DNA of 32,000 nucleotides from an uncultured Erysipelotrichaceae bacterium (GTDB lineage: Bacteria; Bacillota_I; Bacilli_A; Erysipelotrichales; Erysipelotrichaceae): positions 1,560,001-1,592,000 of the forward strand of contig OW818653.1 of NCBI GenBank assembly GCA_942492995.1, written 5' to 3'. Below, piece by piece: positions 23,842 to 32,000 of this stretch. A program made the position numbers and the translations under genes. The notes under the pieces are model-generated. The model was given only the letters and a program-made list of their open reading frames with translations. It searched no databases and was not told where the DNA came from. Numbering within the stretch: the first letter of the stretch is position 1; each line of letters opens with the position of its first letter.

Positions 23842-25550
23842 CGTTCAAAATCCTTCCATAAACTCTGGGCATTTTGTTTAACAAGCGTTGGACGTCCATG
23901 TGGACAATGGTAAGGTTGTGTACAATGCGCTAGTTCTTCAATGATATGTCGCATTTCAACGGGAGTAAGACTTTGATTAAATCGTATTGAGCGATGACAT
24001 GCCATTGTCGCAATAACGGATTCTCTTAATACTTCTTGATTTATTTTAGATTCGACTAAGAAACGATCCATCACATCTTGCATAAAACGAACTAAATCAT
24101 TCTGATTTAACCATAACGGGATAGATCGAACGATATAACTGGTATGTGAGAATGGTTCAATATGTAGATGTAGTGGTTCAAGAATTTGTTTGAACTCTTC
24201 AAATCGTTCCATAAATCCACTTGAACATTCAATTTCGATGGGTAAAAGTAAATCAAATTGGTCTTGATTTTGGTTAATTTGATCAAGTATTAATTCATAA
24301 TTAATACGTTCTTTTGCGGCATGTTGGTCAATGACATATAAATCATTTTCTGAACTAGCTAAGATATAACGCCCATGCATTTGACCAATTAAATCAAGTG
24401 TTGGGAATGTTGGATGTCTGTCTTTTGTTTTATCAATTAATTCTTCTTTAACTTCGATGGTTAAGGATGGAGAGGTTTGTTGGTCTGGTAGATAGTGGTT
24501 TATATTGAATAATTGAGTTTGTTCCTTAAAGGGTTGTTCAATCTTTTCAATGTGTTCCTTTGGATGAACCATTTCGCTTAGTTGTTTGCTTATTCCATCC
24601 AATAATAAGAAATAAGCTTGTTGTTCCTTGGATAGACGTACTTCCCATTTTGATGGATGTACGTTCACATCAACTAAATGCGCATCCATTTTAAGGTTAA
24701 TAATACAAACAGGATATCGATGCGCAGGAATATACGCAGAAAAAGCTTCCACAATTGCCTTTTGAAGATACCATGAACGTACAATACGATTATTGATGAA
24801 AATTAATATGCCCTTATTATTAGAACGATGTTCTTGAGGATCTACCCATACACCTTGAACAGTGAAATCATAGTCTTTCAAGGTAAATTCATGCGCTAAG
24901 CGTGCGATCCGATTCCCAAAGCTATTGGCTAGTACTTCTAACATTTGATTGGTTCCACTTGTATTGAGTAGAATCTTGGTTTCATCACTGAGTTTAAATG
25001 CGACATCTGGTCGACTTAACGCAAATTTCTCCATTAAGTCGATGATAAGCGAAGCCTCATAGTTTGCGGATTTTAAATGTTTAAATCGTGCTGGTGTTTT
25101 ACGAAACAAGCCTTCAATTCGTATATGTGTTCCGGTACTAGCGGAATGGGGTCGAACTTGTATAATCTTGCCATACGATATATGTACATAGGTACCCGTA
25201 TCGTCTTTTGATGTTTTAAGTACACAATCACTTACAGATGCGATTGATGGTAAGGCTTCACCTCTAAAGCCTAAGAATTCTGGCGCAAAGAGTTGTTCCT
25301 TATTGGTAATTTTACTGGTTGTATGACGTTCAAAGGCTAGTTGGGCATCACTTGGATCCATACCAATCCCATCATCGAGTACTTCAATGGATTCGATTCC
25401 ACCTTGATTGATTCTAACCTCGATAAAATGTGCTTTCGCATCCAAAGCATTCTCTACCAATTCTTTTACGACAGCCATCGGTCTTTCAATAACCTCTCCT
25501 GCCGCAATCATATTGCTTAATTGTTCATCTAAGCGTTGTATGATTCCCAT
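23838..25550 (-). CDS. mutL: DNA mismatch repair protein MutL
   Basis: 570 aa. GHKL ATPase motifs IAAGEVIERP, VKELVENALDA, DDGIGM, GFRGEAL. The C-terminal endonuclease-type region includes HCPHGRP. Confidence 0.95.
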   Translation of the reverse strand: MGIIQRLDEQLSNMIAAGEVIERPMAVVKELVENALDAKAHFIEVRINQGGIESIEVLDDGIGMDPSDAQLAFERHTTSKITNKEQLFAPEFLGFRGEALPSIASVSDCVLKTSKDDTGTYVHISYGKIIQVRPHSASTGTHIRIEGLFRKTPARFKHLKSANYEASLIIDLMEKFALSRPDVAFKLSDETKILLNTSGTNQMLEVLANSFGNRIARLAHEFTLKDYDFTVQGVWVDPQEHRSNNKGILIFINNRIVRSWYLQKAIVEAFSAYIPAHRYPVCIINLKMDAHLVDVNVHPSKWEVRLSKEQQAYFLLLDGISKQLSEMVHPKEHIEKIEQPFKEQTQLFNINHYLPDQQTSPSLTIEVKEELIDKTKDRHPTFPTLDLIGQMHGRYILASSENDLYVIDQHAAKERINYELILDQINQNQDQFDLLLPIEIECSSGFMERFEEFKQILEPLHLHIEPFSHTSYIVRSIPLWLNQNDLVRFMQDVMDRFLVESKINQEVLRESVIATMACHRSIRFNQSLTPVEMRHIIEELAHCTQPYHCPHGRPTLVKQNAQSLWKDFER

Positions 25551-25551
25551 T

Positions 25552-28065
25552 TTATCCCTTTATTTTCTTTTTCCACTCATTAAGATAGGTTAATGCCTCT
25601 AATGGTGTTGTTTCATTAATATTTAATTTATTCAAATCTTCAGTTATCTCTTGAAGTTCTTTTGGAATGGTTATCATTTCCACAATCTCCATACTCTGTT
25701 GGACGACTCGTTTCTTACTTTCTAATTCTTTGAGTAAGTTGTGTGCCCGATGGATAATCGCATTGGGAAGATGTGCTAATCTTGCAACATTCACTCCATA
25801 AGATCGATCAGCTCTACCATGTTTAACACGATATAAGAATGTGACTTCATTATTCTCTTCATATACTTCCACATGCATATTACGAATTTGTGTTAACGAT
25901 TGTTCAAGTTGGGTTAATTCATGATAGTGGGTTGAGAAGATGGTTTTACATTGAATCACTGTCGCGATGTATTCAACCATTGCTTGTGCAAGTGCCATAC
26001 CATCAAATGTCGATGTTCCTCGCCCTATTTCATCAAAGAATACGATTGATTTATCTGTCGCATTTTGAAGTGCAGTATTAGCTTCGATCATTTCAATCAT
26101 AAAGGTTGATTGTCCTTCTAGAATATCATCACTCGCTCCCATGCGTGTAAAGAGTGCATCGATTAAAGGTAATCGCGCTTTTTTCGCTGGTACGAAACAT
26201 CCCACTTGAGCAAGTACAATAATAAGTGCTAATTGACGCATATATGTACTCTTACCTCCCATATTTGGACCGGTAAGAATGTGAATTGGTTGTTCATGTT
26301 TGATTTCGGTTGAGTTAGATACATACTGTGTCTGTGTCTCTAAAATTGGATGTCTACCTTCTTTAACGTCTAAATCATACCCATCATGAAACTCTGGACG
26401 AACATAATGATGGTCTAATGAAATTGTCGCTAACGCAACTAAACTATCAATACTTGCGAGCGCATTGGAGATTTCTTGTAATTCACTGATATATTTCGCA
26501 ATTTCTGAAACGATTTCCGAGAATAGGAATTGTTCTAACTTTAAACAACGATCAAAAGAGTTAAGAATCTTATCTTCCATTTCCTTTAATTCCGGGGTAA
26601 TAAATCGTTCTTGATTACTTAGCGTTTGTTTACGAATATAGTTAAACTCATCTTTAACATTCGCTATATTCCCTTTAGATATTTCAATGTAATACCCAAA
26701 AACACGATTATATCCAATCTTTAAATTCTTTATTTGTGTACGTTCTTTTTCTTTTGCCTCAAAATCAAGTAACCATTTTTTGCCTGAATGTTGAATATCA
26801 CGTAGTTCATCAAGTTCTCTGTTATATCCATTCTTAAAGACATTTCCATCTTTAATGGTTGTTGGGGCTTCATCATTTAATGCTTCATTTAAATGATTGG
26901 TTAGTTCGATTAGTTGATTTACTCTATTATAAGGATTAAATAATTCGATATCGATTAAGCCCATAATGGTTGGTAATTGATTAAGGGTATTGCGTAAACG
27001 CATGATGTCTTGAGGATTAGCAGAGCCAAATGAAACACGTCCAACTAAACGTTGGATGTCGTAACAGTTCGCTAAATAATCTTTAAGTTTATCTTTCAAA
27101 ATATAATCTTTCACAAAATATTCGATTTGGTTTTGACGTATATTAATCTCATTAAGATCATATAGTGGATGCATAATCCAATCTTTAAGTAAACGTGAAC
27201 CCATCGATGTTTTACATACATCTAAGAACGAGAATAACGTTTTATGTTTCGATTGTGTTCTTAAAGGTTCAATAAGTTCGAGATTCAATAATGTACTATA
27301 ATCCATCTTCATGACACGTTGTACATTCGTATCGACAATTTTCTGTAAATGTTGGAGTGAACGTTTCTGTGTCACGGTTAAATAGTTTAAAAGACGTCCA
27401 TAACTTTCACGTTTGTAGTCTTCTTGGATATGGACACAATTTGCTTGATATTCAGATTCGATATCGGTCATTTCACAATAGGATAAGGTTAAATATGGGA
27501 CTTCTCTTAACGTATGTAGTGTATCGATATCAATGTGTTTAGATAATACTATTTCTTTGATTTGATACTTATAAAGTGTTTGTTTGAGTAAACTCTTATC
27601 CTCTCTAAATTGGATAAGTTCAGTTTTACCGGATATAAGTTCTAACATGATTAAATGATAGTGTCCCGCGAAATTGACGAGTGACGCAATATAATTACGA
27701 CTCTTATCTTCCACAAGCTCATCGACAATTGTCCCTGGTGTTACAATCTTAACCACATCACGCTTAACAAGCCCTACCGCAACAGATGGATCTTCCATTT
27801 GTTCGACGATTGCGACTTTATATCCTTTATCGACTAATTTTTGAATATAGTTTGAAGCCGCATGATGAGGAACACCACACATTGGAGCACGTTGATTTTC
27901 ACCTGCCGCTCGGCCTGTTAGTACAAGATCTAATTCGAATGACGCAATTTTCGCATCATCAAAAAATAGCTCATAAAAGTCGCCTAGTCTAAACATGACA
28001 AGCGCATCTTGATGTTCGTTTTTAACATCCATGTATTGTTTTAGCATGGGCGTAAGCTTTTCCAT
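25552..28065 (-). CDS. mutS: DNA mismatch repair protein MutS
   Basis: 837 aa. Mismatch-binding motif FRLGDFYELF, Walker A GPNMGGKST, and DEIGRGTSTFDG, STHYHEL. SD GAGGT lies upstream. Confidence 0.96.
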   Translation of the reverse strand: MEKLTPMLKQYMDVKNEHQDALVMFRLGDFYELFFDDAKIASFELDLVLTGRAAGENQRAPMCGVPHHAASNYIQKLVDKGYKVAIVEQMEDPSVAVGLVKRDVVKIVTPGTIVDELVEDKSRNYIASLVNFAGHYHLIMLELISGKTELIQFREDKSLLKQTLYKYQIKEIVLSKHIDIDTLHTLREVPYLTLSYCEMTDIESEYQANCVHIQEDYKRESYGRLLNYLTVTQKRSLQHLQKIVDTNVQRVMKMDYSTLLNLELIEPLRTQSKHKTLFSFLDVCKTSMGSRLLKDWIMHPLYDLNEINIRQNQIEYFVKDYILKDKLKDYLANCYDIQRLVGRVSFGSANPQDIMRLRNTLNQLPTIMGLIDIELFNPYNRVNQLIELTNHLNEALNDEAPTTIKDGNVFKNGYNRELDELRDIQHSGKKWLLDFEAKEKERTQIKNLKIGYNRVFGYYIEISKGNIANVKDEFNYIRKQTLSNQERFITPELKEMEDKILNSFDRCLKLEQFLFSEIVSEIAKYISELQEISNALASIDSLVALATISLDHHYVRPEFHDGYDLDVKEGRHPILETQTQYVSNSTEIKHEQPIHILTGPNMGGKSTYMRQLALIIVLAQVGCFVPAKKARLPLIDALFTRMGASDDILEGQSTFMIEMIEANTALQNATDKSIVFFDEIGRGTSTFDGMALAQAMVEYIATVIQCKTIFSTHYHELTQLEQSLTQIRNMHVEVYEENNEVTFLYRVKHGRADRSYGVNVARLAHLPNAIIHRAHNLLKELESKKRVVQQSMEIVEMITIPKELQEITEDLNKLNINETTPLEALTYLNEWKKKIKG

Positions 28066-28093
28066 AGATTACCTCAAAGAAGAAAGAAAATGC

Positions 28094-29644
28094 TTATGCA
28101 CTTTCTTGTATTTCTAAACTCTCTTTTGTTTTACATAATACAGAGTAAATCATATAGCTACTCGCTCCATACGAAATCGCAAATCCAGCACGTGTATCGA
28201 CAATCTTATTTGCACGATGATGTATTTTACTGAAATCGACTTTGTCGCGATTATAGACTTGAATAATTACTTTACCAATAGACGCATTGGCTAAACGGAT
28301 ATTATCGATTCCACCCACACTGTCTAACAACTCACTAATTACGATTTCTTTTTCATTTGGATTTATGATACTAATCGCACCTTTACGGTAATAGTAACTC
28401 GTAACAGCATAATAAAGTAAGAATGTCATCAAACCGATAAACAATACGATAACGAGTGACTTTTGATAAATTGGATTACGCACCAAAATTAATAGATCGA
28501 TTAAACTACCAGGTGTTGCGACCAATACATTTCCCGAGAAACTATATCCAATGGTAGCCCCAAACATTGGCAATACCGCATATAAAAATGCCGTAAAGAA
28601 TAGATGGAATACAAATAATAAAGGTGCTGTGAAGATTAAGAATAATTCGATTGGAAGTAATGTCCCAAAGAATACAGACGCTATTACCGCAAATACGATA
28701 ACGGAGATTAAACGTTTTCGTACGAGTTTATCGGTATACGTTTGAAATGCGGCTAACACAAACGCTGGAACTGCGAATAAATTGAGGATGTATAACGGTG
28801 TTATAAGCTTACCAGATGTAAATCCTGAAATATTACGTACAAATTGAGCTGTCCACATTCCAACATCACCAGAATGTACTGCCCCAAGTGGATCAACCCA
28901 ATTACCACCAAGTGATGTAAACCAGAATAATTGATTCATCCATTGATTGAAATTAAGAATACTTAATAATCGATTAACGATACCGTATATAAATAAATTG
29001 ATTGGATTACTTAGATCTTTTGAGATAAACATAAAGATACTGGTCATAAATTCTATAAAATAGGGCCAAATAAACGCTATGACAACCCCTGAGATTAAAC
29101 TATAAATAACAGAATTAAATAGAATGGATACATTCTTATCCACAAAGCTAAAGATACTATATGGCGTTCGCTTTTTAAGTTGTTGAGCAACGGTACGAGT
29201 AATGTACAAGACAATAAGTGCACCAATTAAACCCGTGTGAAATGGAATTAGAATTCCACTTGATTTAGTTGCTAAAAGTGACGCATTTGCTTGAATCCCT
29301 AATATTGGATAATATACTTCTGATGCTAGATTGGTTGGCGCAAAGAACATAATTCCTACATGGAAACTAATGTATGCGACGAGTGCTGCTAAGACGACCA
29401 TTCCATCTTCACTACGTCTATAAACTGCTCTTAACAAGAATAATAATGGGAAATACTGTACAATCAAACTTGATAAGTATCTAAACATATCAATTATGGA
29501 TTGAATGATTGGTTGATTTATCGTAAAAAATATCTGGAAATTTTGATTTAATATTAAACCAGTGATACCCAAAATGATGGTAGAAATGTATAATACCTCA
29601 AGTGGGAAATAGATTAGCTCACTGAATGAATTCCATCTTCGCAT
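28094..29644 (-). CDS. Glucose-family PTS EIIC-EIIB homologue with substituted catalytic motifs (probably not a phosphotransferase)
   Basis: 516 aa, collinear with E. coli PtsG: PLLFLLRAV..EDGMVVLAALVAY, GVVIAFIWP, PIELFLIFTAPLLFVFH, and an EIIB-like tail GGIDNI...AISYG. Three motifs differ: GLHHIW is LNFNQW (28940-28957), GITEP is GTLLP (28652-28666), and DACITRLR is NASIGKVI (28265-28288). Confidence 0.75.
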   Translation of the reverse strand: MRRWNSFSELIYFPLEVLYISTIILGITGLILNQNFQIFFTINQPIIQSIIDMFRYLSSLIVQYFPLLFLLRAVYRRSEDGMVVLAALVAYISFHVGIMFFAPTNLASEVYYPILGIQANASLLATKSSGILIPFHTGLIGALIVLYITRTVAQQLKKRTPYSIFSFVDKNVSILFNSVIYSLISGVVIAFIWPYFIEFMTSIFMFISKDLSNPINLFIYGIVNRLLSILNFNQWMNQLFWFTSLGGNWVDPLGAVHSGDVGMWTAQFVRNISGFTSGKLITPLYILNLFAVPAFVLAAFQTYTDKLVRKRLISVIVFAVIASVFFGTLLPIELFLIFTAPLLFVFHLFFTAFLYAVLPMFGATIGYSFSGNVLVATPGSLIDLLILVRNPIYQKSLVIVLFIGLMTFLLYYAVTSYYYRKGAISIINPNEKEIVISELLDSVGGIDNIRLANASIGKVIIQVYNRDKVDFSKIHHRANKIVDTRAGFAISYGASSYMIYSVLCKTKESLEIQESA

Positions 29645-29670
29645 ACCGTCACCTCAGCATCTATGATACC

Positions 29671-29676
29671 ATTATA
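29671..29676 (-). promoter_or_regulatory. Candidate -10 box for the EIICB-like/mutS transcription unit
   Basis: TATAAT on the minus strand, 26 nt upstream of ATG 29644. I found no convincing -35 element. Confidence 0.3.
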
Positions 29677-29710
29677 GTAGTTTTACTTCAAACAAACACA
29701 GGTTAATCCC

Positions 29711-30901
29711 ATGTCACAAATGATAAAATCCCCTACAAAGAAAACCTTTATGATAGACTGGCCGCTCAGTCTTATTTTACTATCTCTTACCGCTATCAGT
29801 TTACTCTCAATTTATGGTGCGAGTCCTTTACTTGTATCCTTTAGAGATGGGACTGATTTGTTAATTAAACAAGGTATTTGGGTCGCATTATCCGTAATTT
29901 CACTTATACTATTAATCCAAATTGGTGTCGATCGCTTATTTACCGCAATTGATGTGGCATATTGGATATTAATCGGATTACTTGTATTACTCATCATCGA
30001 TCGCTACATAAATTTACCGTTTATTGCGCCAGTTAATGGTACACGTGCTTGGATTACGTTACCTGGATTAGGAACGCTTCAACCAAGTGAATTTATGAAG
30101 GCAGTGTTGATTATCAAAGCTTCAATCGTTATCTCTGAACATATTGATCAAAATCGTGTCTCAAATTATGAGAGCGATATCGTATTGTTTTATAAAATAC
30201 TTAAGTTTGCGGTATTACCGTTACTCTTGATTATTGTTCAACCGGATACAGGTATTCCAATTATCATCATTGTTGGGTTAATCGCAATGTTATTGGTTAG
30301 TGGAATTCAACGCTTTTGGATCTACTTAGGTGTTGGTGTTATTGGCACTGTTGTTATTGGATTCTTTATCTTATTCTTCTTTGCGCAAGATTTACTTGTA
30401 TCAATCTTAGGAAGTTCCTATCGATTAACACGTTTCTATGGTTGGTTACAGACTGAACAGTACATAAGTTCTGCAGGGCTACAACTTTATCAATCGTTGT
30501 TAGCTGTTGGGTCAGCTGGTTGGTTTGGACATGGCTTAGGATCTCAAGTTATTACTTTGATCGAACCTCAGAATGACTTTATTTTTGCGGTTATTGGTCA
30601 AAACTTTGGATTTATTGGCGCATCAATTGTCTTATTCTTACATCTTGCGTTAGATCTTACAATTGTACGAATTATTTCTAATAATGAATATTATCGTGAA
30701 AAGATCATGGCGATTGGATTATTGGGAATGTTGCTATTTCAACAGATACAAAATATGGGAATGATTATCGGTTTGTTTCCAATTACCGGTATTACACTCC
30801 CATTTATCTCTGCTGGTGGTTCTTCTTTAATTTCATTCGTTCCTGCAATTGCGATTCTCTTTCATATGAGTCATCTCAATCGTAGTAAAATGATTCACTA
30901 A
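29711..30901 (+). CDS. SEDS family peptidoglycan glycosyltransferase (FtsW/RodA)
   Basis: 396 aa with about 10 TM helices. Motifs LQPSEFMK, QPDTG, and a C-terminal GITLPFISAGGSS. RodA and FtsW cannot be told apart from sequence alone. Confidence 0.85.
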   Translation: MSQMIKSPTKKTFMIDWPLSLILLSLTAISLLSIYGASPLLVSFRDGTDLLIKQGIWVALSVISLILLIQIGVDRLFTAIDVAYWILIGLLVLLIIDRYINLPFIAPVNGTRAWITLPGLGTLQPSEFMKAVLIIKASIVISEHIDQNRVSNYESDIVLFYKILKFAVLPLLLIIVQPDTGIPIIIIVGLIAMLLVSGIQRFWIYLGVGVIGTVVIGFFILFFFAQDLLVSILGSSYRLTRFYGWLQTEQYISSAGLQLYQSLLAVGSAGWFGHGLGSQVITLIEPQNDFIFAVIGQNFGFIGASIVLFLHLALDLTIVRIISNNEYYREKIMAIGLLGMLLFQQIQNMGMIIGLFPITGITLPFISAGGSSLISFVPAIAILFHMSHLNRSKMIH

Positions 30902-31680
30902 AATAAACTCTTAAGTCTCTTTAAATAACTCGTATTCGGCCGTCCTACTATATGGACGGTTTTGTCATTATAGCCAGTTTGAATAACACTGTCTTTTTTT
31001 AGTTTTGTCGATAGATGATCGAAACAAAGTATTGCCTCACAGAAATCATCACTTTCTAAGCGAATCTCCGCATCGGATTGCACGATTAATGGTGATCCAA
31101 GTGAACGATAAGCATGGTGATGTATGCCTGTTATTTCTGTTAATTGTAAGAAATCGAGTCCCTCATGAAGAATCGCTCCACCAAGTGATCGATTATATGC
31201 CGTCGATCCAGCTTGTGTTGAAATACATAGTCCTGTTCCTCTGAATGTTTCCATGAATTCATTATTGATATGGACACGAATTAATTGTGTACGAATTACA
31301 TTTTCTACACGCATTTCATTGATTGCGTAATAATGTTCTTTTGATGTGTTTGATTTAACACAAATATCTAATACTGGTAAATGTTTATAGACTAATTTAT
31401 TAGAAACTAAGTCTTGGATAAACGCATCACTTTCATGACCATCATAACTACTAAAGAAACCAAGTGTTCCTGTATGAATTCCAACAAACTGTATTGTTTC
31501 TAATTGTTCAATGTATTGGTGAATCGCGCGTAAAAATGTACCATCCCCTCCAATTGATATTACGAGTTCTGGTTGACTTGCATCATAACTATAATTAAGA
31601 TCGGTTAATCGTTGACTTAAATCACTTTTAAGGTGTAAAGAATCATTATCTTCTTTTGATATTATCACAAACCGCTTCAT
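30898..31680 (-). CDS. nadK: NAD kinase
   Basis: 260 aa. Motifs GGDGTFLRA, NEMRVE, and STQAGSTAYNRSLGG. SD AAGGAAG lies upstream. Confidence 0.9.
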   Translation of the reverse strand: MKRFVIISKEDNDSLHLKSDLSQRLTDLNYSYDASQPELVISIGGDGTFLRAIHQYIEQLETIQFVGIHTGTLGFFSSYDGHESDAFIQDLVSNKLVYKHLPVLDICVKSNTSKEHYYAINEMRVENVIRTQLIRVHINNEFMETFRGTGLCISTQAGSTAYNRSLGGAILHEGLDFLQLTEITGIHHHAYRSLGSPLIVQSDAEIRLESDDFCEAILCFDHLSTKLKKDSVIQTGYNDKTVHIVGRPNTSYLKRLKSLF

Positions 31681-31723
31681 CGCTTTACTTCCTTTTCTAT
31701 TAAGCCTATTGTATCATAGGCAT

Positions 31724-32000
31724 ATGAATACGAACCTTGAAATAGAATACAAAACACTTATAACTAAACAAGAATTTGATCAATTGCTTGTCCATTTTAA
31801 TCAGTTTAAATTGATCAATCAAACGAATTACTATTATCAATCGACAAATAGTCTAAATAAAAAAGTTGCGGCACGTATTCGCCAAATCAATTCAACATTT
31901 GAATTAACATTCAAGATTAAACAAGATAAGGGTAAATTAGAAGTCAATTTCAATGTACCCTCTAATTCGATTGAACATTTCTATCGAAGTGATGTCCAAG
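31724..32000 (+). CDS. CYTH-domain protein (YjbK-like), 5' part; continues beyond the window
   Basis: Manual translation gives MNTNLEIEYKTLITKQEFDQL...AARIRQINSTFELTFK, which shows the ExExK CYTH signature. It is divergent from nadK, as in the Bacillus yjbK...ppnK neighbourhood. Confidence 0.7.
   Translation, partial: MNTNLEIEYKTLITKQEFDQLLVHFNQFKLINQTNYYYQSTNSLNKKVAARIRQINSTFELTFKIKQDKGKLEVNFNVPSNSIEHFYRSDVQ

Noticed and set aside
31704-31721. Hairpin gcctat-tgtatc-ataggc just upstream of the CYTH start, as a terminator
   Set aside because: It has only a 6-bp AT-rich stem and no U-tract. It lies in a divergent promoter region where no upstream gene needs terminating.
1-32000. CRISPR arrays, tRNA/rRNA genes, IS elements, integrases, and prophage or toxin-antitoxin modules
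   Set aside because: I saw no spaced direct-repeat arrays, no cloverleaf-capable intergenic segments (most gaps are under 70 nt, and the few longer ones show no tRNA-like structure), and no ORFs with transposase, recombinase or phage signatures.

Overview
This 32 kb window is low-GC and reads with the standard genetic code (TGA, TAA and TAG all act as stops). It looks like a Bacillota chromosome (Bacilli or Erysipelotrichia type), because it carries rpoE (RNA polymerase delta subunit), darA, and a DUF1934-argS pair. About 32 tightly packed genes are present, most on the minus strand, many joined by 4-nt ATGA overlaps.

Housekeeping core:
- rpoE (partial), argS, DUF1934
- an M24 Xaa-Pro aminopeptidase, an HD-domain phosphohydrolase, ispF
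- arsC-like LMW phosphatase, darA, ychF, DUF951, folD, dtd, rarA
- msrA, miaA, mutL, mutS
- a SEDS protein (FtsW/RodA), NAD kinase, and a CYTH protein (partial)

Accessory modules:
- a TetR-controlled five-gene ABC-2 exporter operon (2360-5483)
- a sugar locus with an RpiR regulator, an orphan Lac/Cel-type PTS EIIC, two Gfo/Idh/MocA oxidoreductases and a VOC-fold protein (5601-10540)
- an Ala-rich lipoprotein built from two tandem ~165-aa repeats (19115-20188)
- a NatAB-like ABC pair (20341-22376)
- a full-length glucose-family PTS EIICB homologue in which all three recognisable catalytic motifs are substituted (28094-29644)

I found no rRNA, tRNA, CRISPR array, transposase, integrase or phage genes. 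I also found no clear-cut defence or mobile system.

The best candidates for something undescribed are the catalytically degenerate EIICB heading the mutSL operon, the hydrolase-less PTS/oxidoreductase sugar locus, and the duplicated lipoprotein. All functional calls rest on my own reading of conserved motifs in the translations. No database search was run.
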